Source: Zootoca vivipara
Lineage: Eukaryota
DNA: 64,000 nucleotides
Assembly (NCBI RefSeq): GCF_963506605.1
Contig: NC_083276.1
Span: forward strand, 107,136,001 to 107,200,000
Reading direction: 5' to 3'
This document shows positions 38,462 to 50,400 of the stretch, piece by piece; positions within the stretch are counted from its first letter, which is position 1, and each line of letters opens with the position of its first letter. A model generated the notes under the pieces. The model searched no databases and had not been told where the DNA came from. It saw only the letters and a program-made list of their open reading frames with translations. A program made the position numbers and the translations under genes.

Positions 38462-41028
38462 TAAGAGGAACCTTACAGATGGGGAACCTTTGACCCCACC
38501 ATGAATTCCCAACATGCATCATCCTTGACAATGGGGCATGCTGACTGGGGATGATTGGAATTGGAATTCCAAAAACAACTGGAAGGCCACATGTTCCCAT
38601 CCTTCCTATACAGGATACTTTAATGTACCCTTGAAGGCTGAAATCTGCCTTGAAATACATCTGTGGGGAAGGAATTTCTTAACCCTTTGCCACTGGAGGT
38701 TTTTCTGCTGAAATCAAATGCACACACTTGTGTTTATTTGTTTTTTAGATGAAAAAAGAAAACAATGAATTGGAAAAGGTTGAGAAGCTCCTCCCCTGAT
38801 GTTCTTCCAGGGTAGATAATAGCCCTTGTAATATATCGACTGGCCACAAGTTTGGTTCAGGCTCTGATTTGGTGTCCAGAGGACCTTCACCTCAGGTTCC
38901 ATCCTGCTATAACTTTCCTTCCCCTTTGGCAGAAGTGGATGAAATTTTCAGGCATGCCAGTACATCCAGAATGGATTGAACCTGCCATATGACAGGCAAG
39001 GTGTTTTTTTTTTGTCCTTGGTACCTTTAGATCTGATTATTTTAAAAGGAATCCTTATAACTTTTGGTGCAGAATTGCATGATATTCACTATGTTGCCCT
39101 ATCTGAGGGCACAGATCCTGACAAATATCAGCAGGACAGCTTTCCTGGTTTTCCTGCAAGAAGGAGCTGTTACAAGTTTACGATGGGTAACTTAATCTCC
39201 CCTTGTGCTTTGTGGGCAATTGGTCTGAAGATGCTCAACAGGACAATCAGAAAATGGGTTGGCAACAGATAGTCTTAGTAGGTATTTGGGCAGAACAATC
39301 CTAACTTGTAATTTGTGCAGTTGGAGGGGGTTAGGATGAGGCGAAGGTTCCACACTTCTGGCTCAGCTGAGGGAGGAGAACTTCCATCATTACAGAGGCC
39401 ACCAATACACTTGGCTGAAATAAAAGCAGGGTAAAGGCTACCACAACTCCCCACCACCACCACTACCAAACCCCCAAACATTGCATGGTGCAGCAGAAAG
39501 GGATAAACCTGTCTCTATCTTCTGCAAGAAATGGAAGTGTTGCAAATATGGCAGAGAAACCACCACCCCCCAATCATGTTGGGCATTTTGGGAATTTCTA
39601 CTTTCCCCCTAAGTTCTTCCATCCAGCTTCCCTTGGTGTGGAAATTTCACAGTTTTCTTCCCAATCCTGCTACCACCACCACTTGATTTCTCTCCATGGA
39701 AATTTGCACATTTCCACTTTTTAAGGGAACGAATCTATTTTGTATTGTGCTTATTTCAAAAAAAGGGGAAGTGTGACTCAGATCTGCATGCTGTTTTCAG
39801 AGAAAACTATTCCAGATGTTGGGCTAGGAACAGTTAATTTACAACACTGATCTCTAATTACAGCACTTTGGCTTCCGCCCATCCACCCCAAGTCATTTGA
39901 GAAGCAGATCATAAAGTCAGTCTGAGACAGTCCTGCAGTGCTGCAAAACACAGCCGTCCCAAACCAGGCAATGATGTGCATTTTAAAAATCCCAAATGGT
40001 CTCAAAGGCAAAGTTCAGACTTCTTGAAAATTAGTAGGCATATATGACTGCCACAGTCCTTGGATTTCCTGCTGAAATCAGCAAAACTACTATATTTTGT
40101 CTCAACTGAGCTGTGTGCTTTCCTACCCTCCTCCTGAACAGTATTCTTTAGAAGAGCTCTGTGGAAAGTATCATTTCTTAGGGCAGGGTGTCCAGATTTG
40201 ATGGGATTACAACTCCCAGCATTCATGAGTGCAGGCCAAGGGCTAGGGTTTATGGGATTTTCAGCCCCACAACATCTAGAGGTGTTGGCTAGTCCCATTG
40301 GCTAGCCCTGCGATAGGACACTGTGTAGAAACCCCAGCTTTTTCATTCTTGCATCTTTGGAGGAAGGTAACAACAGCAACAACACTTCAGATGTAGACAC
40401 TGAGTGCTTGAGCACTCTGGCCGAGGCAGCAGCTAGAAAGGTGAGAAAATGGACCATGATGCAATTCTGCGCTAAGTTCTGCGCTATAAACACTCTGTGC
40501 ATGACAACAAAAAGTCATCCTTCTGCTATTTGTTAATATGTTCAATGATATCTAGGAAATTGTAGACAACCTCCCGTGCCTTTATGCCAATGAAGGTTTC
40601 ATGCTTACAGCTTAATATTTAACTCTGCTGTCCTTAAACCTGCTCTGAAAATGTCTGTCAGATGCTAAAGACAAAAATCATAACCAGGGGCGCCATTGGG
40701 GCAGGACCTTCAGGCAAACGTCAAGTGCCCTGCTCAGAAGAACTAACAGGAAGACACCCCCCCCCCCCAATTCAGCAAAACATGAGTTGGTTTGCCACAT
40801 TTTGAAGTAACACTTAAAAGAGGGCTCCACTTGTAAAACCATTAAGATCTTTAGGTCCAGAATCTAAAATCACCTAATCACAGCATTGGTCACAACTGTC
40901 TCCACACATTTATTGATAGAGGCATCCAGCTGATTACTGTAGTAGACAACAAGAAGCCTGAGCTCCTTGGGTCTTGGTCTGATCCAGTGAAGCTTGTGAT
41001 GTTTTTATGGGATAGTAAGGATGCTATT

Positions 41029-41383
41029 GGGGACCCAGGTGGTGCTGTGGGTTAAATCACTGAGCCTAGGGCTTGCTGATCAGAAGGTCAGCGGTTCGAA
41101 TCCCTGTGACGGGGTGAGCTCCCATTGCTTGGTCCCAGCTCCTGCCAACCTAGCAGTTCGAAAGCACGTCAAAATGCAAGTAGAGAAATAGGAACCGCTA
41201 CAGCGGGAAGGTAAACAGCGTTTCCATGTGCTGCTCTGGTTTGCAGAAGCGGCTTTGTCATGCTGGCCACATGACCTGGAAGCTATACGCTGGCTCCCTC
41301 GGCCAATAATGCGAGATGAGCATGCAACCCCAGAGTCGGTCACGACTGGACCTAATGGTCAGGGGTCCCTTTACCTTTACCTT
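41029..41383 (+). mobile_element. Sauria SINE, full length
   Basis: Head and tail intact; GATGCTAT direct repeat. Confidence 0.9.
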
Positions 41384-42594
41384 TAAAGATGCTATAGAGC
41401 AGATTTCCAGCAATGAGTGAGGTCCCTTCCATACAGGATGCTAATTGCATCTTGAATTTAATTTGCTCATTATTTTTTAAAAATATATATAAAAAGATAC
41501 AGATATAATAAGCTGGGGAATGCGTGGCAATTTTCATGGTCACAACAGGCATGGGGGTATTTAACCCCCCCCCTGCTGTGGTCCTGAAGAAATCCTTCAT
41601 CTGAAGCTGTGTCAAAAACAGCAGTTTCGAGGGAGGAAAGGGTCGAATCCTTCTGCTGCAATCCTGCCCTGATGATGCAATTTGTAATTTTTTTTGGGGG
41701 GGTTGGGGGAGTTTCACATTAATTTTAAGGGGGATATAACTTTATTACTATAATTAGTTAATTGATTGATACCCCACTTAATTGCCATGGTGGTTTCCAG
41801 TCCAGTGTTTTCCCCCTCCCTTAAACAAAAACCCCCATGGACCACTTGAAAATTGCTGCAGCTCTGGCAGGTAACTCTTGGTGGAAATCTAACGGTAAGG
41901 ATGGCTAGGGGCACAAAAACACAAGGACACCTTCTGAGGGGATTGGGGGAGCTTTATTTCTTACACAAACAAGTGTGGTGGTAATAATAATAATAATAAT
42001 AATAATGCTAGAAGGGTTCCCAGAGTATTTTTGAATTTGTGGATCATGTGAAGTTTAGTATTAGAATTGGATTTAAAACATCTCCTGAAGGCGAAGTTGT
42101 TTTTATGCAAGGCAACTCTGCGTCTTCTGCAATCTTCTGTCTCTCTCTGTTTGGGGGATTAGTTCTGTATTCATATTTTATGTATGGTCTGTATGCTCTA
42201 TCTGAAAAACACAATAAAAATTGTTAGCGCACACAGAGAGAGATTTTAAAAAAAGAAAATAGAATTGTGGAGGTTCTTTGTGGACCATTTGACTATTTTC
42301 CTGCCTGTTGTGGCCATTGTGGCACGTTGTGTGATTTTAAAAGGTATTTTCAGTGTCTCTCTTATTTTTTAACCGGTGGTATTTTATTCCACAGAATGAA
42401 AGAAGCAATAAAATGCAATTAAAGATCAATATGAACATTTAATGCAATGGAGATGCCATTTGCTGTCTTCAACCACCAAGACACAGATATGCCACAGGCT
42501 GCCAAAATGAAGCTCATGGACTTCTGAAGGTCTGTGGACCACAGTTTTGGGAACCTCTGCTCTAAACAGTTGACCTCACATTGGTGCTGTTTTC

Positions 42595-42596
<2 letters not shown>

Positions 42597-42668
<72 letters not shown>
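42597..42668. repeat. (GT)n(AG)n microsatellite
   Basis: Seen directly in the sequence. Confidence 0.95.
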
Positions 42669-43733
42669 ATCCTAGTACTCCTATTGTGATAAAAGTTCAA
42701 GGGAGGCGCATATAATGCCTTACGTTAGCAGCAAAAAATGAAGTCCCAGTACTCCTTACTAGTGAGAGCCATTGCAAAAGAAGGCACTGCCTCTTAAACT
42801 AAATATTGATGAAAACATGATTGACATCCAGGCACACAGGGACAAAAATATTCCTACACGACCACAAATAATTCAATGCCTGGCAAATCTGCTTCCTTTC
42901 AAAGGTGCCTCCATTTCTGCTACCTGAGGTGGCTGCCTTCTCCATAATGGTGGGATCTGCTGCCATTGCCACATGGAAGAGGCTTTGGGTTGTGTAAATG
43001 TAATGCTCCCTCAATGTTCCAGATTTCTGCTTGCACTGACAGAACATTGTTCTCCTCTTCTGCCCCTGTGCCCCCCCCCCAAATCTGTTCTAGGAGTTCT
43101 GTCAACCCTCTGGAGCAAATTTGAGGCAGGTGCAGGGCACGGGGGAACGGAGAAAGTCCTGTTGTGGAAGTGGAAATCCTTGCCCTGATGGGACATGATT
43201 GCTGAACCCTTGGAGTCCCTACGCACCAGACATCCAGAGGTATACTTGAAGGGGTTTTCTTCATATAGTTCTCTGGCTGAAACTCCTCAGTCATGCAGAA
43301 AAGCAAGTATACAAGTGCTTTTTCACATGCTCCCCATCCATGTGTGGAAAAATGATTTGTTGGTTTGCATGATTAGGAACATCTGTCTGGGAGAAATATG
43401 GGGGGAACCCACAGGGTCCTCCGGAAATACCCCTGCTCTTTTTACAAAGTTAAAATCGTTCATAAAGCATTTCCAACTCTGTACATGCATATGGTCAACC
43501 TTTTTTGGTTCACCCTTGGCCAATTCTCCAGGGGCCACATACCGGGGGTGATTGTGGCCCAAGGTGGTTGTGTCACCACCCAACATAAGAACATAAGAAA
43601 AGCTGAATCAGACCAAAGACACATCCAGTCTAGAATTCTGTTCCCATGGTTAGCCAACCAGATGCCCATGAGAAGCTGGAAGCAGGACCTTAACGCAAAA
43701 GTACTCACACATTCCCTCTCTCCCACATAAGAT

Positions 43734-44080
43734 CATAGCTGCCAAGTCTCCCATATTCCCCGGGAAACCCCCGTTTTCCCAGCTGTCCCCAGCCGAAAAA
43801 CCGATTTTTTTTTTGTTTTTCCCTGGTTTATTCTGGCGCAGCGGCCATTTTGGAACTGGGCAGAGCATGCTCAGAAGCGACTTTTGATGCTGCTTTGCCC
43901 AGTTCCAAAATGGCCGCAGTGCGACTTCTGGTGTGGTGGCCATTTTGGAACAGGGCAGAGCAGCATCAAAAGTAGCTTCTGAGCATGCTCCGCCCAGTTC
44001 CAAAATGGCAGCAGCGCTATATCCGGTCTGCTACTTCCGGTCCAGTCCCTTATTTCTCAGGCCGAAACTTGGCAGCTATG
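43734..44080. mobile_element. hAT MITE (longer CATAGCTGCCAAGT-family member)
   Basis: TIRs; 8-bp TSD CATAAGAT; internal inverted repeats. Confidence 0.8.
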
Positions 44081-44342
44081 CATAAGATGGCCACATCACT
44101 GACCTTCCCACCACATGATCTACTTTCCTTTTGTCACCACCACCAAAACTGACAAACTTTGGGGGAGCTAGATAAAATGTTTGGGGGCTGAGCTGTAGAT
44201 CAGGCCCTACAGACAGGAGGTGGGCCGTTCCTGGTGTAAATGAATACCTAAGTGGAAATAAGCAGCATTCCCCACCAACACCAACACCTGCTAATAGGCA
44301 ATCCAAGGAAAGCTGTTCTACAGTTAGCCAAAATTCAGGCAC

Positions 44343-44486
44343 CTCTCAGTTGGTTTGTTGCTCATCAGCCACTTCAGGAACTCTTTGCCAGCCTCCTCAT
44401 CCAGGAATTTGTGGTAATCGCTGGTGAAAGTTCCATCCGCATGTCTTCTGCCAACGTTTTCAGCCACTCCAGCTCCTTCTGAGAAA
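44343..44486 (-). CDS. GCG: GCG IP-2/GLP-2 exon, 144 nt
   Basis: tttaag acceptor, weak gtgcct donor; [12 protein letters not shown]...EFLKWL. Confidence 0.92.
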
Positions 44487-47400
44487 CTTAAAGGGGGGAA
44501 ATGGACAAATAACATCCTTGTGGGTCAAAATAAACATAACCCCTGCCTAATCCTTAATGTTGCTCAAATTCTCCCCAGCAAAAAATGTATAGGATCAAGT
44601 TTTTGTATCTTCTAGCAAAATAGCACTAGGGGTATGTTTGCAGACCTAGAAAATGGAAAAAATTTAGCACTTTCAGCCAAGACTGAGAGCTTTTAATGTC
44701 CTGATGATTTCAGTGGCAGATGATTTCAGTGGCAGATTTTAAAGCGCATGCTTATCTCTCCTGCCTAAATAAATGGAACTTTAAAGTGTTTAACTTGGGC
44801 TACTTCACACTTCAGCAGTGCTCGCCTGACCAAATATTACACGCAGCTGCTATTAATCTCGGCATGTACTACCAAATCCCACCAATTCGGATTACTATCT
44901 CTACCACAAAGCAGCTATGCCAATGAATCCAAACATCTAGTGCTGAATTCCTGCTAGTGCGCTTAGGAAATGTTTCTGGAGCTGCAGATCCATTTTAAAT
45001 AAGTTGGACTGCTCCAGATTAAGCAGGTTATGGATGGGAGCCTTCACATATGTAGAAGAGACAGGTATCTCTACCGTTGATTCATTATCACCCGGGGAAC
45101 TTTCTGTCTAAACTCTTTGAGAATGTTGATGCAATATTTCAGTATTCTCTGAGAGCTGTGTTTCCAGAGAATAAAGCCGTTTGCCTCATCCTAGACAGTA
45201 ATATCCTTCTGTGTGAGAGGATGTATATATGGACGCAAACAATTTTTAAATTATTTCACAAGAGAACAAGTTTCTTAGTATCATGTGAGCCAGCTCCGCT
45301 GCGTGAGACCACAGGAATGACAACAGAACAAACATTTCCTGAGAAAAAGTTCAGTATTCCTTGCTCAGAATTTTAATCAAGTTCAGAAACAGCAGATACA
45401 ATATCAAACCAAGAGTTCCAGTGCTACTGTTGGAAGCAAAAGGCAATATAAAAAAATGTATTCCAAGCATGCTGAACCCAATATACTTCAGAATTAAATG
45501 TCCCCACATAAGAGCTGACTGTTTCATCATTTATTTATTTTTACTTCTTAATCTCTAGATTTAATTCCTAGGAAGGGGCTGGGAGGGGAGAGGAGAGGGG
45601 GAAATGTGTCAAAATATCTGGCTGTCAGCAACATCAAGGAGTCCTGGTGGGTTTTGCAGAGAATTTGCAACAGCCTGCAATACTATTTCCCTCGATCTTT
45701 TTGATGATGTGTAACCATATAAGCATACGGAGAGGAATACTGGTCCTGTTTTAATGGCCTAGGGGTTGCTTTCAGCAGGTACACAAGCAAGAGAACTGTG
45801 GCTTGCTGTAATCTTTGCCAAACTAATGTCTTAGATTTGATTGGTAATAATATCAAAGCAGTAGAGTCAGTTTTAAAGAACCGTTACTTTCTCTCGAAGC
45901 TATAAAAGGTCTCAGGGATAATGACACAGGTGCTGTTTTTAAGAAAAGAAAAATGGGGGCAGATTTTGAGCAGAGATGTGGCATGCTTAACCCTTTCCCA
46001 CTTGCCATTTTTCTGGTCCAATTCACCCCTCCCAGGGTAAACAAAGGGCTGCACGGCCCATTTTGCTGCTTTTCTGCTTACAGCCACTGTTTTCCTTTAA
46101 ACCAAAGCAAACCACTCCATGCATTTGCATGCAACACATAGTGAGCCACTATGTTACAGGAAACAGAGTGCAAAAGAGGGATGTTGCTTTCCCATCTTGG
46201 ATGGCTGCGTTCTCTTTTTGTTTCTGATTCAATGACTGATATCCAGTAGGTAAGAGCAGACATATACCATGCCATGCCAATTACAAAAATGTATTTTTGT
46301 CTATCAGGTTATTATAATCACCACCTTCCGTCTCCAGCCATTGCCACAGGTATCTTCTCAAGAGCCACCAAAATGCCCAAAGTTATCTATAACCAGGTGT
46401 TTCAGAAATACTTTTTTTTTACTCTCAGTTGGCTTTCTTCCTAACTTCCAACATGTACCACCATGTTTGACTCTCCGATCTCATTTTGCTATCATCATTA
46501 CAGCAATCTCATAACCAATTTTTATGGAGCGCCTATGGCATACGCTGTGTCTTTTACAGCTGGCAATATAGATTTTGAGCACAGTATCGAGGGAAGGAAG
46601 AAGGAAGGCAGGAAGGAAGTTGGGCCCTGCTCAGAAAGAGCTCACAGTCTAAAGGTACAAAACGAGTACAGATGGGACAAAGCGTGTTGAACTTTCGACT
46701 GCCAGGCCGCACAGGCAAAAACGTGTAGGGGGCTTGCAGACGTCTGTGAGTGGGCTTATTAAGGGAGGGAACGGAGGCAGAAAGATGCCGTTCCAAATGT
46801 GCACTGAGGAAGATGGATCAAAGTCAGCAGCAGTGGGTAGAACAGGCCAAAAGGATCAAAAAGAAAAGGAGGTTGTCACGAGAGTGGTGAGAACAGGATG
46901 TAGGTGGTTACTGATGGAGTACAGGTTACTGATGGAGGTGTTGGCAGCCCAATGTTACGGGATGCTTTGAGGCAGGAGAGGAGGGGTAAATATATTCAAC
47001 GTAACACACAGCAAGAGTGGGAAGGCACACACAAAAAAACACCCTTTTGTAAAGGGATGGAAAAGACAGTGACAGTGTGATGATGAGTTTTTAGCAGCAA
47101 CTTCTTGAAAAGGCGTGGGGGAGGGGAGAAGAAGGAGAGGCTTGAAGAGGAGGAGTTTGTACAAACTTTGGAAACGGGAAAAATGGAAGGGAAAGGAGGA
47201 TGCTGGGAACAGTGGCAGAAAGCAGGTTGGGATCCTGGGGCAAACAGGGAACCAGAGAGATTGGGGTTGACAAAACTTGGGGTGGTCAAGAAGTGGGTGC
47301 AAGACGTTTGAATGGAAGCAAAGCAGGGTAGGGAAGAAATCAGAGGAAACATGAAACCAACATTGACCTTCTGTAGAATTTGACCTCATGGAGAAAATGT

Positions 47401-50400
47401 GACCCATTCGAGCACGAAACAGCACAATCAAGTCTCAAAAGAACTACATTTTAATTGGCAGGTAGATCATTCCACACCCATGACAACATTTTCAGTTACA
47501 AAAGAAGACTATGAAATACAGTGAGGAAGGTGTGGCAGCAATACATTGTGGTTCCAGCAGGCTTTGATTGGTATTAATCCCCCCACCCCGAAAAAAGCTA
47601 AGAAATGCTTAATGATAGTAGCAACAGATGGATTCTTACTCTCTTCTTCCTCCTCCATTTGCTAGCCAAGCAATGAACTCCTTGGCAGCTTGGCTCTCCA
47701 AGTAAGAGCTGATGTCGCTGGTGAAGGTGCCATCGGCATGTCTCTCGTATTCAGCATGACGCCTGGCGAGTCCATTGCTAAAAGAAGAACAGTTGCCTTA
47801 GGACTAGGAATGCTGGCGAATTTCACAATAACCGAGCATGCACACAAGCACAGCTTCATCCACTCGTTTGCGAACGTTCGCGAGCTTTGAGAGCCAATTG
47901 CGCCTCGTGCAAGTGTCAGCAATATTTAACAAGACTGGTTGCAGCGGTGGCAAGAAAATAACAAACTGAAAGGCAGTGTGTTGAAGTTGGCTGTTGTAAC
48001 TGTACAGCCCTTTTCAAACTCAGATGGGCTGCGCTTCTGGAATGTGTGCTAATATGAACTCTGCTTAGCTGAGGTGATGGCAGTAGCTGTGGGTTGGGCA
48101 CACCAATGCCTCTGCTGCGTTGCAGGAAGAAGAAAACAAAGACCCCGCAAGACAAGCAAATCACAATCTGCCTGGGGGCATGCAGATGGATGCTTGATTG
48201 TGATGGGCAGCGATGAATGTAATGGCAGCAGAATGACAAAGAGCAAAATCCATTGCGCAAAAAAAAAGTTATCACAACAAAGGTGAACCAAAGTCAGTTA
48301 TGACATTTTGAAAAGAGAGAGAGAGAGATTGGACCGAGCTGACATGTGAGGAATGAATAGTAGACTGAAACACGGAGAATTTGAGCAAGCATGAAAACTT
48401 AACAACAGGATAACAACACAAGAAATACACCAGGCAATAACGAGAATGAAACTAGGAAAAGCCCCAGGACCAGATGGATTATCAGCAAAATATTATAAAG
48501 TTTTAAATGGACAGTTGGCACCAATTTTAGAAGAAGTGATGAATAACATCCTTGCAGGAGGAAAGATCCCAAATACATGGAAGGAAGCGTATATAACATT
48601 GATTCCAAAACCAGGAGTGGACAGCTTAGAAGTTAGAAATTACAGACCAATTTCTTTATTGAATAATGATTATAAGCTCTTTGCAGATATAATGTCCAAG
48701 AGATTGAAAGAAGTTTTGAATGAAATGATACATAAAGATCAAGCTGGTTTTCTTCCTGGCAGACAGTTAAAAGACAATGTTAGACATATTATAGATGTAA
48801 TAGAATATCTGGAAACCAAGATAGACAAGCCAGCAGTGTTAATGTTTGTGGATGCAGAGAAAGCATTTGACAATATATCTTGGCTGTTTATGAAGAAGAA
48901 TTTGGAATCGATGGTTGGTAAAGATTCATTTCTGAATGGGATCGAGGCAATATATTCAGAACAAAAAGCAAGATTGATTATTAATAATACATTAACAGAT
49001 TATTTTGACATCACAAAAGGAACTAGACAGGGGTGTCCTTTATCTCCTTTATTATTCATCATGGTCCTGGAAGTACTATTGAACAGACTAAGAGATCTTT
49101 CAACTATTAGAGGAATTAAAGTAGGCGCGAAACAATTCAAAGTGAAAGCCTTCGCGGACGATTTAGTTTTAACTCTGGAAAATCCCAATGAAAGTGTTGC
49201 AGAGGCTATAGAAGAAATTGAGAAATTTGGACAATTAGCAGGATTTAAATTAAACAGACAGAAAACAAAGGTTATGACAATGAATATGACGAAAGAGGAA
49301 AAGCAAGAGTTACATCTAAAATATGGTTTCGATGTGGCAAAAAAAGTAAAATACCTCGGAATATGGATGACAACAAAGAATATTAATTTATACAGTGACA
49401 ACTATGAACCAGTATGGAGAGAAATTAAGAAAGACCTGGAAAGGTGGACTAATATGAACATGTCATTTCTAGGAAGAATAGCAGCAATTAAGATGAACAT
49501 ACTACCTAAAATGTTATTCTTATTTCAAACTATACCTGTAGTGAAGGGTACAAGACAATTTCAAGAATGGCAGAAGATTTTGTCAAGATTTGTCTGGCAG
49601 GGGAAAAAACCTAGAATAAAACATAAAATTTTGGTAGATAGAAAAGAAAGAGGCGGTTTCTCCCTACCAGACTTAAGACTTTATTATGAAGCGTCTTGTA
49701 TGTGTTGGATTAAAGAGTGGATAACGTTAAAGAATACTGATCTGCTAGATTTGGAAGGTTTTAACAATAGATTTGGATGGCATGCATATTTATGTTATGA
49801 TAAAAAGAAGTCTCATACTGGGTTTACTAATCATGTGATAAGGAGATCTCTGTACGAGGTGTGGGAAAGAAACAAAATGCTGTTAGAGATTAAAAAACCA
49901 TGGTGGGTTTCACCAGTAGAGGTATTAACAGTTAAGAAAGTAAATATGGAGGGGAAGTGGGCCACTTATGAGGAAATCTTGACAAGGACTGAAAAAGGAT
50001 GGAGACTTAAACCCTATGAAGAAATTAAAGGAGCTTTAACAGGATGGATACAATACCATCAAATAAACGATGTTCTTAGGGAGGACAGAAAAATAGGATT
50101 TGAGGATAAAAGGTCCAAATTCCAAATAGAAGTGCTTGAAGGCAAAACAAAGCTTCTGTCAAAAATGTATAATTTGTTGTTAGAGTGGTATACAAAAGAT
50201 GAGTTGACAAAAGAAGCGATGATTAAATGGGCAAAAGATTTTGGGCATAATATTGAATACGACGCGTGGTTGAAATTATGGACTCAAACCTTGAGATTCA
50301 CAGCATGTACCGCCTTGAAAGAAAATGTGTATAAGATGTTGTATAGATGGTATTTAACACCAGTTAAACTAGCCAAAATGTTTAGAATGAGTGATAAAAC

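Noticed and set aside
39275-39414. GSSPPS resembling the exendin tail, behind a good acceptor
   Set aside because: It is out of frame with the GLP-2 exon (splicing would give SQVYWWPL-stop) and has no other support
44324-44515. Separate exendin/GCRP gene or duplicated GLP-1 exon
   Set aside because: The 144-nt phase-2 exon with IP-2 (DF...GRR) sits in the canonical GLP-2 position, and no separate signal-peptide exon was found
47870-47881. 12-bp palindrome GCGAACGTTCGC upstream of the GLP-1 exon
   Set aside because: Too short to distinguish from chance without conservation data
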